Below, in pieces: positions 14,132 to 27,160 of a stretch of DNA of 64,000 nt. The notes under the pieces were generated by a model that searched no databases, had not been told where the DNA came from, and saw only the letters and a program-made list of their open reading frames with translations. The translations under genes were made by a program, and so were the position numbers. Position 1 is the stretch's first letter. Each line of letters starts with the position of its first letter. Source of the stretch: Tubiluchus corallicola (taxonomy: Eukaryota; Animalia; Priapulida); assembly GCA_030141605.1 (NCBI GenBank), contig JAQGDQ010000319.1:186001-250000 (forward strand), written 5' to 3'.

Positions 14132-14736
14132 TATATAGTAATATATAAACAGACTTTAAGAGTTTCCTGTTTTCCTACAGGTAAATCATCACAGGCCTAC
14201 ATGGACTCATAATTCACGTGTTGTGTATAAAAGAAAAACCAAATGTGTGATCAAAATTAAATTATCACCATTAAAGTTTATTAATCAATTTGTACCAATA
14301 TTTACAAAACATTTGCCTTATTGACAACAACATAAACAATATTTTTATGATCATGACATTATTTTTACAGAACAATACAAATGGTGTTATGTATGCACTA
14401 AACAAATACATATGGTCAACAGGCACTACGCTTATCACAGATTTAGCTATTTGTGTAGCTATATATTCAAATGATCGTTAACAATCATACAATGGTAATT
14501 TGGTATTATGTTCATTGTAGGTCCTTTCAATATATATTGTACATGAAACTACTGTAAATGTGTAATGTGAAATAAATGACTTATAATAGCGATTCGAATA
14601 GACAAGTTTCAAAGAAATGTATGTGATTTACAAATGCTTGTTTTCACCAAGTCGAGTTCAATGTCAATTCTAGGTACAATACGCAATCGAAAACACAATG
14701 TAATGGACAAAGACATGTTACGAATTCGTTCATTAA

Positions 14737-15196
14737 CCCTTTCATACCCGTTGTATCCCGTGGCATACGAGAATATTTTCTGCCTTTAAAATTAATAAAA
14801 TTTAAAAACTGACAATTATTTGATCTGTTAATAGTTATTTTGATTTAAGCCAATAACAATAGACTAAAAATGGTGATAAAATGGCAAACTAGAAAATTTA
14901 TATAGCAAAAAAAACTGAGCAAGGTACAGTACTTTAGAGACGACTTTGTACAGATCAGCATAGCGTGCATACTAAATGTCTTAAATACTTTAAAAAATTA
15001 TCAACAGTTGCAAAATGAAGCATATTTCATGCTTCCATTGAATACCAATGTATCCCGTGGGATACAGGCTATATTTAGCACGCGGGCACAGGTAGAAAAA
15101 AATTATTAATGTGTGCAAACAAGATGGACATACTGAACAAAAGTACCAAGCCAAATTTTTTTTTCTTATTAAAAAAATAATTTGGGACTGGAAGGG
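14737..15196. mobile_element. piggyBac-like MITE
   Basis: TTAA|CCCTTTCATACCC ... GGGACTGGAAGGG|CTAA: imperfect CCCT/AGGG TIRs with TTAA-like flanks. Confidence 0.55.
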
Positions 15197-15994
15197 CTAA
15201 TTGTTCAGAACTATTACAAGTTTGTTCATTGATGTAAAAACAACAAACGCCGACAGATTACAGCCCATAAGCAGATTACGTAATAAAGTAAGAGTTTTAT
15301 TCACAAGTGTGTAGCTAATTGTGCAGTTAATTTTAATTAATTAAACGTATTAAAAGCACGGATTAAAACTATTCCTAATTAGCCTGAATAAAGCAACGTA
15401 TAATTTACAAGAGTTCATTACTCAAATGAACAAGATTTTTCATATTACATGTTGCTTCATTTTAACATTGCAAAAAAACTCACATTGGTTTACAGATCAG
15501 CTTCGTGAAGCCATGTTAGGCTGTCATAACTGATGCAACTGATGCACAACTTGCTCTTGTGTAGATCAGTAAAACAATGTCTATTCAAGGTGGTACACAA
15601 TAGTCAATGTCCACAGACGTTTTTAGCATCTATTTTTCTATACTAAAAACCAGATTTAGCATTAAGCAGCAGGGTTTATTTAATATTGATGTTTGCGACA
15701 GGACCAGAATCTAGCCATATAAACTGAGCCACTAGACTGGCACAGAGAAGTTTTAGCCACGCTCGGATTTATACGTTGTATTGGTTAACATACAACATAT
15801 GTAAAAAATTTTAATGTAACTTATTCAACAGCATTACACAATTATATTACTACTCGGGAAAATAGTAAAGTTTTCTGGAATAAGCATCTGTGATTCTTTT
15901 AAGTGATAGACACGATTAAACAAAATAGATTTCTAACAGTGAAATTAGTGTGAAGAATAGGCAGTCGATTTACTAAGCCATCGGAACTTTCTAC

Positions 15995-18900
15995 TTAACA
16001 AAAAGTCGGGTGATGATCTATTTGTCCATTCACTTCAACACGAACGCAAACTCCATTAAGATTGTCGTTTTCAACTAAGCGAATAAACGCCACAGCGACA
16101 TCTGCCGGCCTGAAAAAGAAACATCTTTTTTATAATGGCTAATTTCGAGTTCTATTAAACCTTTCAAGAAATATGGCGGCAAAGAATAGTGGACAGAAGA
16201 AAATCATTTTAATTACTCTAAATTTAAATTTATGTTGTACTGTCATCATACTTTTTTGAGTTTTGGATAGTGCTGCCACCTTCAGGTGTTCTCGTTAAAA
16301 TTGTTGAAGCTTTCTCTTTACTGTTTAAATTTTCATTGGCTTCTACAGTCTTTATGAATGCATAATCTCAAAACCTGTTTTCACACCTAAATGATTTCAC
16401 CTGTAGTTCTGGTCACTTGATTTTCTGATTTTCAATATGACACTACTTCACTGTTTATGTAGGCATTTCAGAATAAAATCTTAAAGCTAAATTTCAAGTT
16501 TTTTGGTTTCTTCAAACCAAATAGTTAAAAGTAAATAGCCTTTTTAGTGCCCATGAACTTTTCCAAATTGGTAACGTTTTTTGGAAACTATTTCACAATC
16601 ACGTAAAAAGCCTTGTGCACCACATTTAGTAATTAAAGACTAATTACTCACGTTAACCATTTGGCGTTCTGATTAGTTTGCTTGAGCATGTCTTCAAAAT
16701 GTGCTTTTGTCTTCACTTCATGGGGTAGTGCAGTGTTCACAAGATTAGGACAAACAGCATTAACTCTTATACCGTATCCAGGGACGCCTGGCATAGAATA
16801 TGTCTAAAACACAAATTTTTCAACAATAAGATGGAGTCACATCAGCCACAACAAAAAAGTACATAGATAATAAGTAAAAGTAAGTAATTAATTTAATCTT
16901 TTCGTTGCTAATCGCGCTAGTGTTATCTTGAATAAACGCTCGCAACCACACCAAAACATAATTTCTTTTTATTTGAACACTTGACGTTTCGTATTACATG
17001 ATCCAAAGTATCGAAACATCATCACATGCCGGGCCGGATTATGATCTTTTGGGGCCCCCAGTCTAATGAAATTATCAGGCCTCCTCTAACGGAGCCCCTA
17101 TTTGAAATAAAAGGCCACAAACAGGGGTATTTTAACTCGAAAATGGTCACAAACAGGACAACTTTGCAACTTCCGGGCTTCTTTTTTCAACCTTGAAATT
17201 TTATTTTAAGTTAAATAAATTACTTAGCAATGCAAAAAATATAAAAATATTATACTCATTTTTCAAAAAAATTATATTTGAAAATCTTTTCGCAGGGCCC
17301 CACAGGCCTCATGAAACGTCAAGCTTCCTCAGTCATAGGCTGCAGCCTATACTAGCCTTCAGGCCTCGCGGTCAAGTTCCCTCAGTCCTAGGCTGCAGCC
17401 TATACTAGCCTTCAGGCCTCGCGGTCAAGTTCCCTCAGTCCTAGGCTGCAGTCTATACTAGTCTTCAGGCCTCATGAAACGTCAAGTTCCCTCAGTCCTA
17501 GGCTGCAGTCTATACTAGTCTTCAGGCCTCATGAAACGTCAAGTTCCCTCAGTCCTAGACTGCAGTCTATACTAGTCTTCAGGCCTCATGAAACGTCAAG
17601 TTCCCTCAGTCCTAGGCTGCAGCCTATACTAGCCTTCAGGCCTCATGAAACGTCAAGTTCCCTCAGTCCTAGACTGCAGCCTATACTAGCCTTCAGGCCT
17701 CATGAAACGTCAAGTTCCCTCAGTCCTAGACTGCAGTCTATACTAGCCTTCAGGCCTCATGAAACGTCAAGTTCCCTCAGTCCTAGGCTGCAGTCTATAC
17801 TAGCCTTCAGGCCTCATGAAACGTCAAGTTCCCTCAGTCCTAGGCTGCAGCCTATACTAGCCTTCAGGCCTCATGAAACGTCAAGTTCCCTCAGTCCTAG
17901 ACTGCAGTCTATACTAGCCTTCAGGCCTCACAAAACGTCAAGTTCCGTCAGTCCTAGACTGCAGCCTATACTAGCCTTCAGGCCTCGCGGTCAAGTTCCC
18001 TCAGTCCTAGGCTGCAGTCTATACTAGCCTTCAGGCCTCGCAAAACGTCAAGTTCCCTCAGTCCTAGGCTGCAGTCTATACTAGCCTTCAGGCCTCGCGG
18101 TCAAGTTCCCTCAGTCCTAGGCTGCAGTCTATACTAGCCTTCAGGCCTCGCAAAACGTCAAGTTCCCTCAGTCCTAGGCTGCAGTCTATACTAGCCTTCA
18201 GGCCTCATGAAACGTCAAGTTCCCTCAGTCCTAGGCTGCAGCCTATACTAGCCTTCAGGCCTCGCGGTCAAGTTCCCTCAGTCCTAGGCTGCAGTCTATA
18301 CTAGCCTTCAGGCCTCGCAAAACATCAAGTTCCCTCAGTCCTAGACTGCAGTCTATACTAGCCTTCAGGCCTCGCAAAACGTCAAGTTCCCTCAGTCCTA
18401 GGCTGCAGCCTATACTAGCCTTCAGGCCTCACGAAACGTCAAGTTCCCTCAGTCCTAGGCTGCAGCCTATACTAGCCTTCAGGCCTCACGAAACGTCAAG
18501 TTCCCTCAGTCCTAGACTGCAGCCTATACTAGCCTTCAAGCCTCACGAAACGTCAAGTTCCCTCAGTCCTAGACTGCAGCCTATACTAGCCTTCAGGCCT
18601 CGCGGTCAAGTTCCCTCAGTCCTAGGCTGCAGTCTATACTAGCCTTCAGGCCTCGCAAAACGTCAAGTTCCCTCAGTCCTAGGCTGCAGTCTATACTAGC
18701 CTTCAGGCCTCGCGGTCAAGTTCCCTCAGTCCTAGACTGCAGTCTATACTAGCCTTCAGGCCTCGCAAAACGTCAAGTTCCCTCAGTCCTAGACTGCAGT
18801 CTATACTAGCCTTCAGGCCTCGCAAAACATCAAGTTCCCTCAGTCCTAGACTGCAGTCTATACTAGCCTTCAGGCCTCGCAAAACGTCAAGTTCCCTCAG

Positions 18901-21900
18901 TCCTAGGCTGCAGTCTATACTAGCCTTCAGGCCTCGCAAAACGTCAAGTTCCCTCAGTCCTAGGCTGCAGTCTATACTAGCCTTCAGGCCTCGCGGTCAA
19001 GTTCCCTCAGTCCTAGACTGCAGTCTATACTAGCCTTCAGGCCTCGCAAAACATCAAGTTCCCTCAGTCCTAGACTGCAGCCTATACTAGCCTTCAGGCC
19101 TCGCAAAACGTCAAGTTCCCTCAGTCCTAGACTGCAGCCTATACTAGCCTTCAGGCCTCGCGAAACGTCAAGTTCCCTCAGTCCCAGACTGCAGCCTATA
19201 CTAGCCTTCAGGCCTCGCGGTCAAGTTCCGTCGGTCCTAGACTGCAGCCTATACTAGCCTTCAGGCCTCGCGAAACGTCAAGTTCCCTCAGTCCCAGACT
19301 GCAGCCTATACTAGCCTTCAGGCCTCGCAAAACATCAAGTTCCCTCAGTCCCAGACTGCAGCCTATACTAGCCTTCAGGCCTCGCGAAACGTCAAGTTCC
19401 CTCAGTCCTAGGCTGCAGTCTATACTAGCCTTCAGGCCTCGCAAAACGTCAAGTTCCCTCAGTCCTAGGCTGCAGTCTATACTAGCCTTCAGGCCTCGCA
19501 AAACGTCAAGTTCCCTCAGTCCTAGACTGCAGTCTATACTAGCCTTCAGGCCTCGCAAAACGTCAAGTTCCCTCAGTCCTAGGCTGCAGTCTATACTAGC
19601 CTTCAGGCCTCGCAAAACAGCACGTTCCTTCGGTCCTAGACTGCAGTCTATACTAGCCTTCAGGCCTCGCAAAACACCACGTTCCTTCGGTCCTAGACTG
19701 CAGTCTATACTAGCCTTCAGGCCTCATGAAACGTCAAGTTCCCTCAGTCCTAGGCTGCAGCCTATACTAGCCTTCATGCTAATCTGGCTCGGCTCACGTG
19801 TTGCTATTAGCGTCAAGAAAACTACAAGAAATTGCTTACGATAAAAATAAGAAGTAGATGCAATAGATGTCTACCTGACATATGGATTGTGTAAATCCAA
19901 CCACTCCAAATTTCGTTGCACTGTAAGCGCTTACTGATGGTAGGGCAGAACAAAGACCTAAAATTTAAATGTATGTTGTGCAATCCGATGATTACTTTAA
20001 CATTTTAACTGCACAGCAAATTGTAGAGAACTATGGGGCAAATTTGCGTTATTGTACTATTTTATATAATATAATACACTGCGTTACATACTATAATATT
20101 ATGAAAAATATTTCTTTTTCTGACTTCCAGAATTTCACGTGTCAATGTTGATTTTACCATCTTTGCCTGAACGCACATAGCTGTACTGACACGCTAATGT
20201 CTTGCAAGTTTGGGCTTGATATTCATTTTCCATCTACATTACCGAACCACAATAACAGAGTCAACCTGCGGATCCTTCCCTTTTAGGTATAAAGGCACAT
20301 GCTAGGTTTGCTTAATTTAATTTAATTTTAACACACGTGATTAATGACGAGCATTATATTATTATAGAACTCATTGATAGAATTGCTAAAGTGAGTCTTT
20401 CCATTTTAGGTATAAAGCCACATGCTAGGTTTGCTTAATTTAATTTAATTTTAACACGTGATTAATGGCAAGCATTATATTATTGTAGAACTCATTGATA
20501 GAATTGCTAAAGTGAAAGTCTTTTTGCACACTTGCTTACCTACGACTGAAGCTGTGTTAACGACCACCCCGCCATGTTCTCTCATGTAATCAAACGCTAG
20601 TTGAGTTCCTGCTATTACTGACGTCTGAATAGAAACACAGATTAAAAGTTCATAATTATTAAACAAAAATACTACGTAGGCCTATCAAACATGAACAAAA
20701 TCAATATCAGTCATTGACTTTCACGATTTGGTCATCTGAACGAAACAATTTCTGTTTGGGAGTCAGTTAGTTTGTAGATTTTAGAGCGTAAGGAGTGGAG
20801 TCAGTACCATGTGACCTTTTCTCATACTACATACACACAAGCTTGAGTGGGACCTCAGTAGTGTAAATTACTCTGTGACGTGCTCTTATCTATGGTTTAC
20901 ATTTTAATGTTTGTGATCACTAAGGTTTCCCCTCATTGTTTAAAGCGGGCCAACCACGAGGCAGCAGTCTTTGTGAATAAACATATTAATAAGCAAGAAA
21001 GATTTATGTTAAATGTTCTATAAAGTTTCTAACAATGTAACTAATGTAGTCGAGACGTTACATACTCAAGTTCATACTCCGCCGCTGAAATTTCGGAGCA
21101 AAAAAAGATAAAAACTCACCAGGTTAATGTCAATCATTCGTTTGTAGTCTATTTCATCTACAATTCCAGCTGTACACGAAACGATATCCAATCTACCAAA
21201 CACTTCAAGTGTTCTTTGAAAAGCAGCCTTTAGTTCTGATTCATTGGTTACGTCAGTTCTGATGAATGTGGCTCTTCCTGTGCCAAATCTTGTGCAAAGT
21301 TGTGAGGCTGTTTCCTTTCCTACTTCGACTTTAACATCAAGAATAGCAACACCCTGTGCTTAGAAATATAATCACTTGTACTGCTAAAGAAAAATTTAGC
21401 TATCATAAAATTATAATTGTAGAATGTAGCTATAATGAAGTATCTGACATGGTAAATATAGTATGATAAATGTGGTGATGCAGTACCCTAGCTAACAAAT
21501 CATAGATACGATTACGATGGTACATACTTTTGATACCTATCACGTTAAATTGCACACTGTTATAGGTGGTGCTCTCAGATAAATGATCACTACTTTGGGG
21601 TTGCAGGAGAGATAAAGGAATTTCTAAACTTGATTTAATATAATCATGTACTTTCAACTTGCGTTTTCCGTAAAGCAGCAAAGCTTTGAAACGCAAATTC
21701 TTATGCAAAAGTTAACTAAAATTTGATCTTTCCTGATAGAAAATTATGCACGAAAAATGAATTTTAAAATGTTTTATCATATGTACGTAATTAGAATTTA
21801 AAAACAAATAAAAGAAAACTATGAAAAAATAACAGCATAATTTTGGCTTCAATATTTTAGACAATAAATTTTACTAATCCAGAGAAGCTAAGTACACATT

Positions 21901-22230
21901 AAGTTGCTTCTCCTATACCTAGATATGGGTTATGTAAAAATAAACTAATTCCTAATGTCCTTTGCTTCTGGATGATGCTATAAAGGGGACAAGAAGGCAA
22001 GAAACTGAATGAATCAACGGGTTCACGATTGTTGAAGGAGGTGCAATATTTGGCAAGCCATGATTGATTCGAAATATCGGAATACAATTGCATTCATTTT
22101 TACATTTTGAAACACTATGATGAACAGATTAACGAACCTTTGCTTCTTTTTCCAACAATGCCTCACAATATGCTTTTCCTATTCCTCGAGCACCTCCAGT
22201 AATGAGAGCTACCTTCCCTTCTATCTTCAT
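15995..22230 (-). CDS. HPGD: 15-hydroxyprostaglandin dehydrogenase-like classical SDR, 253 aa, 6 coding exons
   Basis: Exons 22230-22138, 21353-21120, 20624-20540, 19957-19875, 16803-16652, 16109-15995, all GT-AG with matching phases (762 nt). Motifs TGGARGIG, acidic ILDV (NAD preference), [33 protein letters not shown]. Confidence 0.9.
17029..19792 (+). mobile_element. hAT-like MITE carrying an internal satellite, in SDR intron 4
   Basis: TIRs CCGGGCCGGATTA ... TAATCTGGCTCGG; 8-bp flanks ATCACATG / CTCACGTG (6/8 match). Confidence 0.7.
17303..19776. repeat. 57-bp satellite with a 54-bp variant, ~44 copies
   Basis: Unit CAGGCCTCGCAAAACGTCAAGTTCCCTCAGTCCTAGGCTGCAGTCTATACTAGCCTT; gives the 19-aa repeat ORFs at 18703-19672. 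Confidence 0.95.
20281..20517. repeat. ~122-bp tandem duplication in SDR intron 3
   Basis: TTTTAGGTATAAAG...GAATTGCTAAAGTGA occurs twice in tandem. Confidence 0.85.
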
Positions 22231-25200
22231 GATTGGTCTATTTTCACTCCCTTTATAGCAACACTGAAAGACATAAGATCAGCTGCTGACAGAAGAGATC
22301 TAACATACAATTAAAATTTAGTCTTAATTAACTTTAAACTAATTACTAATACTTACTGATGGACCACCAACTTCATCTAAATGAAAACATCTGCGCTGGT
22401 AGATTTCACTGCTTTCTCCCTTAACCGGTTCCAGGTGTATTAATAACCCGTTAGTGTTACAGTATCAGGTAATAGGCTGTTGATGAAACGATAAGAAGGG
22501 AATGAGGGTAAATTGTTTCTCGTCGGACCATGCGCGATGCCTAAAGCTAAACCTGTAGAGCAGTTTGTTGCTTTGTTGGTCCAGTTTCACAGGTCTTGTT
22601 GAACTGATCTCCTTGCTTGCAGGTATTGAGATCTAAACAGACCTAGGTTACTTTTCATTTTTCATCTATATCACCATTACTCACTCTAATTACCACTGTA
22701 AGCTATTATAAAGCTAGGTCAAATATTTCACCTATGAAGTATCCTATTCAGAGTGATTCAGTTTTTAAAATAAGTTTTAACTTTTATGAAGATGAACATT
22801 TATATGATTATCGCAAAGATAGTGCGGGTAGTTTTTTCCTCTAGATCGGATGGCATTAACCCTTACAAGACCGTTGTCACTTAATGTCACGGTCGGACAT
22901 GACGAAATTTAATGTGCTCACTTGGAACACAAAAAAGCGATGTAATCACAGAACACAGCAAACTATCACGGAAGCCGCCATTCAAGCGCTCAAATGTGCA
23001 AGAAATGCGAGAAGCAATCTGATTGGCTGGCATTAAGACCAATTAGCCAATCTCTAGGCTTCTATTATCGGGCCTGTTGAGCTGTCCAGTCGTCGTCTTG
23101 GTTAGCGCAGGTAGAACATTTTGACTTGGGTATTTTACAAAATAATTTATAAATAAATAAATTATAAATACAATTGTAAAATAACTAAGTGAAAATGATC
23201 TACCTGCTATGACCAAGAAGATGACTGGGCAGACCAATTTGTAAGTAGCCAGCAAGTTGAAAAAGTGTGGTCACTCCTGATATAGGGGGATTCACAGATT
23301 TTAGTTTCAGCTTAGGCTCAGTGGTACACACCTCAGTCAGTGGCTGTTTCATCCTTTCATCAGATGTAGTGTTCTTATAGATCAGAATCATCGATAAGAA
23401 AAAGAGGAAGATTGAAGAAGAACAGCGAGTCAAAACATTAATATGCACTGTACTATACAGACTGTGTGATACACATTCCTCATATGCATTGTAATGAAAT
23501 TAGCACTATCTCTCGTGAAAGTAGAAATATATGGTTTTTAATATAAATTTCAATAACTTCTAAAATAGTTTCTTGAGTGCAGTAGTAATGATGTGCGCAA
23601 ATCGGATGCAAAAAAAGTCGCTATTTGGTCCTACTGTACTTGGCTCCTTACCAAATTGCATGTGGCTCACAGGAATTGCAGCTAAGTTTAATGTGGCCCG
23701 GCTAGTCAGATAATTTCCACGCCCCTGGCATAGATTGATTAAAAGGGCAAGTGCTTTTAATCTGTGGTTATTGCCTTACTTTGGTTCACTTCCTGACCTT
23801 ACAAACTTTACCTCTCCCTGCCTTCTTTACGTCACCTTACATCATCTGATCTTTCGTGACATTATCATATCTCATTTTATCTTACCTTACCTTACCTTAC
23901 TCTTACATTAAACTGTCTCACATGACTTTCACCTGCCTCACATCAACTCTCTCTGTTTTCTTTACTTATTACCAGTTTCTAACATTAGCTAACATTGCAT
24001 TTTACATGACCTCGTAATAGCTTGACTTTTCTTCTTCATATTTCAAATCATGGTACTCATGGGCGCCGGCAGGCGGATGCACTGACGCACGTGCGTCCAC
24101 ATAATTTCTCGAGAAAATTTTTTTATGGCTAAATAAAGTTTTTTACCAGTAAACCATGACACAGTAAAAGTAAAGTAAAGTAAAAAATTTATTTGTCTTT
24201 GAATGTTACAAAATAAACATAAACAAAAGCTAAAAACTAAAATAAAGACGGAAAAGAGACGGGGTGGCGAAAAGACCAAGGGTCACCAAGTCAACCACCC
24301 CTATCCAAACTGAAGAAAATTAAGTGACCTGTCAAGTAAGGTATGTACAAATGAAAATAATCAGCAACTTAACAAAAAAAATAAATAAATGAAACAACAA
24401 ATTCAAATGAGTTTAAATTTAGAAACAGTAAATAAATTTGGCAATGAGAAGAGGCAAAATTTAAATTAGCAAACAAAACGGAAAATTTAAACTCATCAAA
24501 AACAAAATTAATAATTAAATTTAATAAATAACTAATACACACCAACCCTTGTTTGTCTGCGCAATCCCCGAGCAGTCAGCTGATTTGCATTTTGAAGTTA
24601 CGTTTATGTACACCACTTGTCTAGACAGTTTTTAGCTAACTGTAACTGCAATTCTGCATTTAGGGGGTGACCCAAGGGACTTGCTCCCCTTTCACTGCAG
24701 TAGTGAAATTATGAGTCACGAGTTTGATCTGAATTTGCCTGAGGAAATAGCTTCTAGCAACCACAAAATGGTCCATAATGCAGTAAAATTGCATTTAGCA
24801 GTGAACAGTGGGAAAAATTAGCACGCATGCAAACTTATTAAATCTTGCATGAACAGTGGGTGGGCGGTAAACTTAAGTCTCAAATCAGTTTTATGTTTGA
24901 TTATCAACATTTTGCTGGATAAATAATCTTGACATTAAATAAGTTAAGCTTAAGCAATGAGTCATCCGCATTGCAGTGTATTACAAACTTGCTTTCAAGA
25001 GCAAACACATTTGATCCGCTTTGCTCAGCGATCCACTTTACCCGGGGCTCCCCTATAACTATTACAATAGACTACGATGAATATTACCTACGTAAATGTA
25101 GGTAAAATAAATTTATTTAAGCAGAATATGTCACATTTGAGAAAGTTTGTGTACCAGAATTTAGATCTCATTTGAGTGAGGCGTCCAAAATGTGCTTAAA

Positions 25201-25837
25201 TACAGGAAAATGCATTGGTGGCCGGACCCCGCGGGGAAGCTTACAGCGCTCCTCCAACCCCCCCCCCCCCCCTAGCTGCTTGTGCGTCCAATTTTTTAAA
25301 ATTTGGTGACGCCTATGATAGCATTTAATCTACTTTTAACTTAACAGCAAATTCCCTTGTAATTCCACCTGATCATACCCTATTTTATCTTATCTAGTCA
25401 CTTGCCTAAAAATGAGGTATTTGAACCGATTTCAAAAACTTAAGCGGGAAGATTGTTACTCGATCAAATTGTGTTCATTATTTTAAGCCTTTTTAGTGTT
25501 CTTAGCTTTGTAATTCCTTTGCTGGTATTCTCATACTGAAATGAAAATTCTAGCAAATAATAACGTCACTCATAGTAATTACCACTCTGAACTATTATAA
25601 TGTTAGGTCAAAAATTTCACTTACATGATGTATTGCGTAATTTCACTTAAGATGTATCTCAGTTAGTCTTAAAATAAGTTTTAACTTTTAACTAATTCGT
25701 TAATGGATACATATATACAGCTTCTCGGAGTTTTTTCTGCAGAAACAATGGAAAAGAAACAATGGACTGTTGCATTGTTGTAAAAAAGGAATTAAATTTT
25801 GCCTTTTTGTCCAGAGCATAATAATAATAATAATAAT

Positions 25838-25885
<48 letters not shown>

Positions 25886-26105
25886 TACAGAAAAATAAGA
25901 AGAAAAATAGTACAAATTACCAAAAAATAAAAATAATTGAATAAAGTTACATACATAAATGAGAGCAAAAGAATGCAGTTTTTGGGGACAACAAAAAATC
26001 ATCCGTAATAATATGAAGCCTCCATATTTGTATTCTGTCTATAACTAGACAATTTTGGTAAATACGTTCTTGAAAATTTTATTGATATGGTAATTTATAC
26101 TATAG

Positions 26106-26474
26106 ATTCTCCAGAAACTGCCAAAACTCGTCATATAAGAGCGGCACTTATAGATGGTAATATGGTAATCAATCTAACTTTCTGCATACCTGATGACTAC
26201 GAAGACGTGGTATGGACCATTCCAGGGGACAAGCAAATTGTATTTACTCATTATAGTACGTATGATACGTATGGTGATCGTGTTAAAGGTAGCATTGAAC
26301 CGACGACTTCACTGGGAGCTTTAATAAAGTGTCACTTTACAGAACTGATCATTGAATCACCAACATCAGCAGACAGTGGAAACTATTCGTTGCAGGTGTC
26401 TACATTCAAATATTTTGAAAGTTATAGAAAATACATCAATGTTGGAAAACTCTTTACGACTACCAGTGAACCAG
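26106..26474 (+). CDS. immunoglobulin-like (V-set-like) domain exon; flanking exons not identified
   Basis: 369-bp phase 1/1 exon (tatag| ... CCAG|gtacgt); C-strand 'VVW', 'LIIESPTSADSGNYSLQV' with the D-x-G-x-Y motif. Confidence 0.6.
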
Positions 26475-26494
26475 GTACGTTTCGTATATTATCA

Positions 26495-26541
<47 letters not shown>

Positions 26542-27160
26542 CTATTACTATCACTAATTGTGTTACTGTTGCTACTACTATTGCTATAGCTAGTAAATTT
26601 ATTAAAAGTATAAGTACCTTTAATCCTTGTTATTGTTATGTTATATTATATTGTGATATTATTGTTATTGAGTTATTGTTACGCAAGATGGAGGTCTACA
26701 AATAAAATGTGTAAAAATTAAGAGGGTCAAGTTTTATTTCATTTTCTTGTACTGGCATTGTCTGACTATTTAATTTACAAAATTTATTCCTGATAGCATT
26801 GATGATGCCTCAGGAAAGTGCAAGTAGAACTGCATTTCCATGCAATCACAGAGTCTTGTCTGCTCTGTTATTAGCTTCAGCGCATCAGAACCAGGACGCG
26901 CTGAAATGCAGCCTCTACCCATATTGATAGTTTTGTTATTGACAAAGAGAACTTCAAAATATAGTTTTGGTATAAATATAAGAAAATCACAACACACTCA
27001 TTGCAGTTTCAAAAAATCAAATTCTATGGAAACAGTCCGATGTTACTGCGCATTAGAATCCATTTCTTCGCTGTCTTACGTCAAAACATAAAAAAGTGTT
27101 GTTCTTATATGTTTCACAAAATAGTTCACAACATTGATGTTTCGTTGTTATTATTACACC

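Noticed and set aside
18703-19672. LRR-looking 19-aa repeat ORFs ([19 protein letters not shown])
   Set aside because: Translation of a 57-bp intronic satellite; variant units introduce stops; the SDR exons splice cleanly across it.
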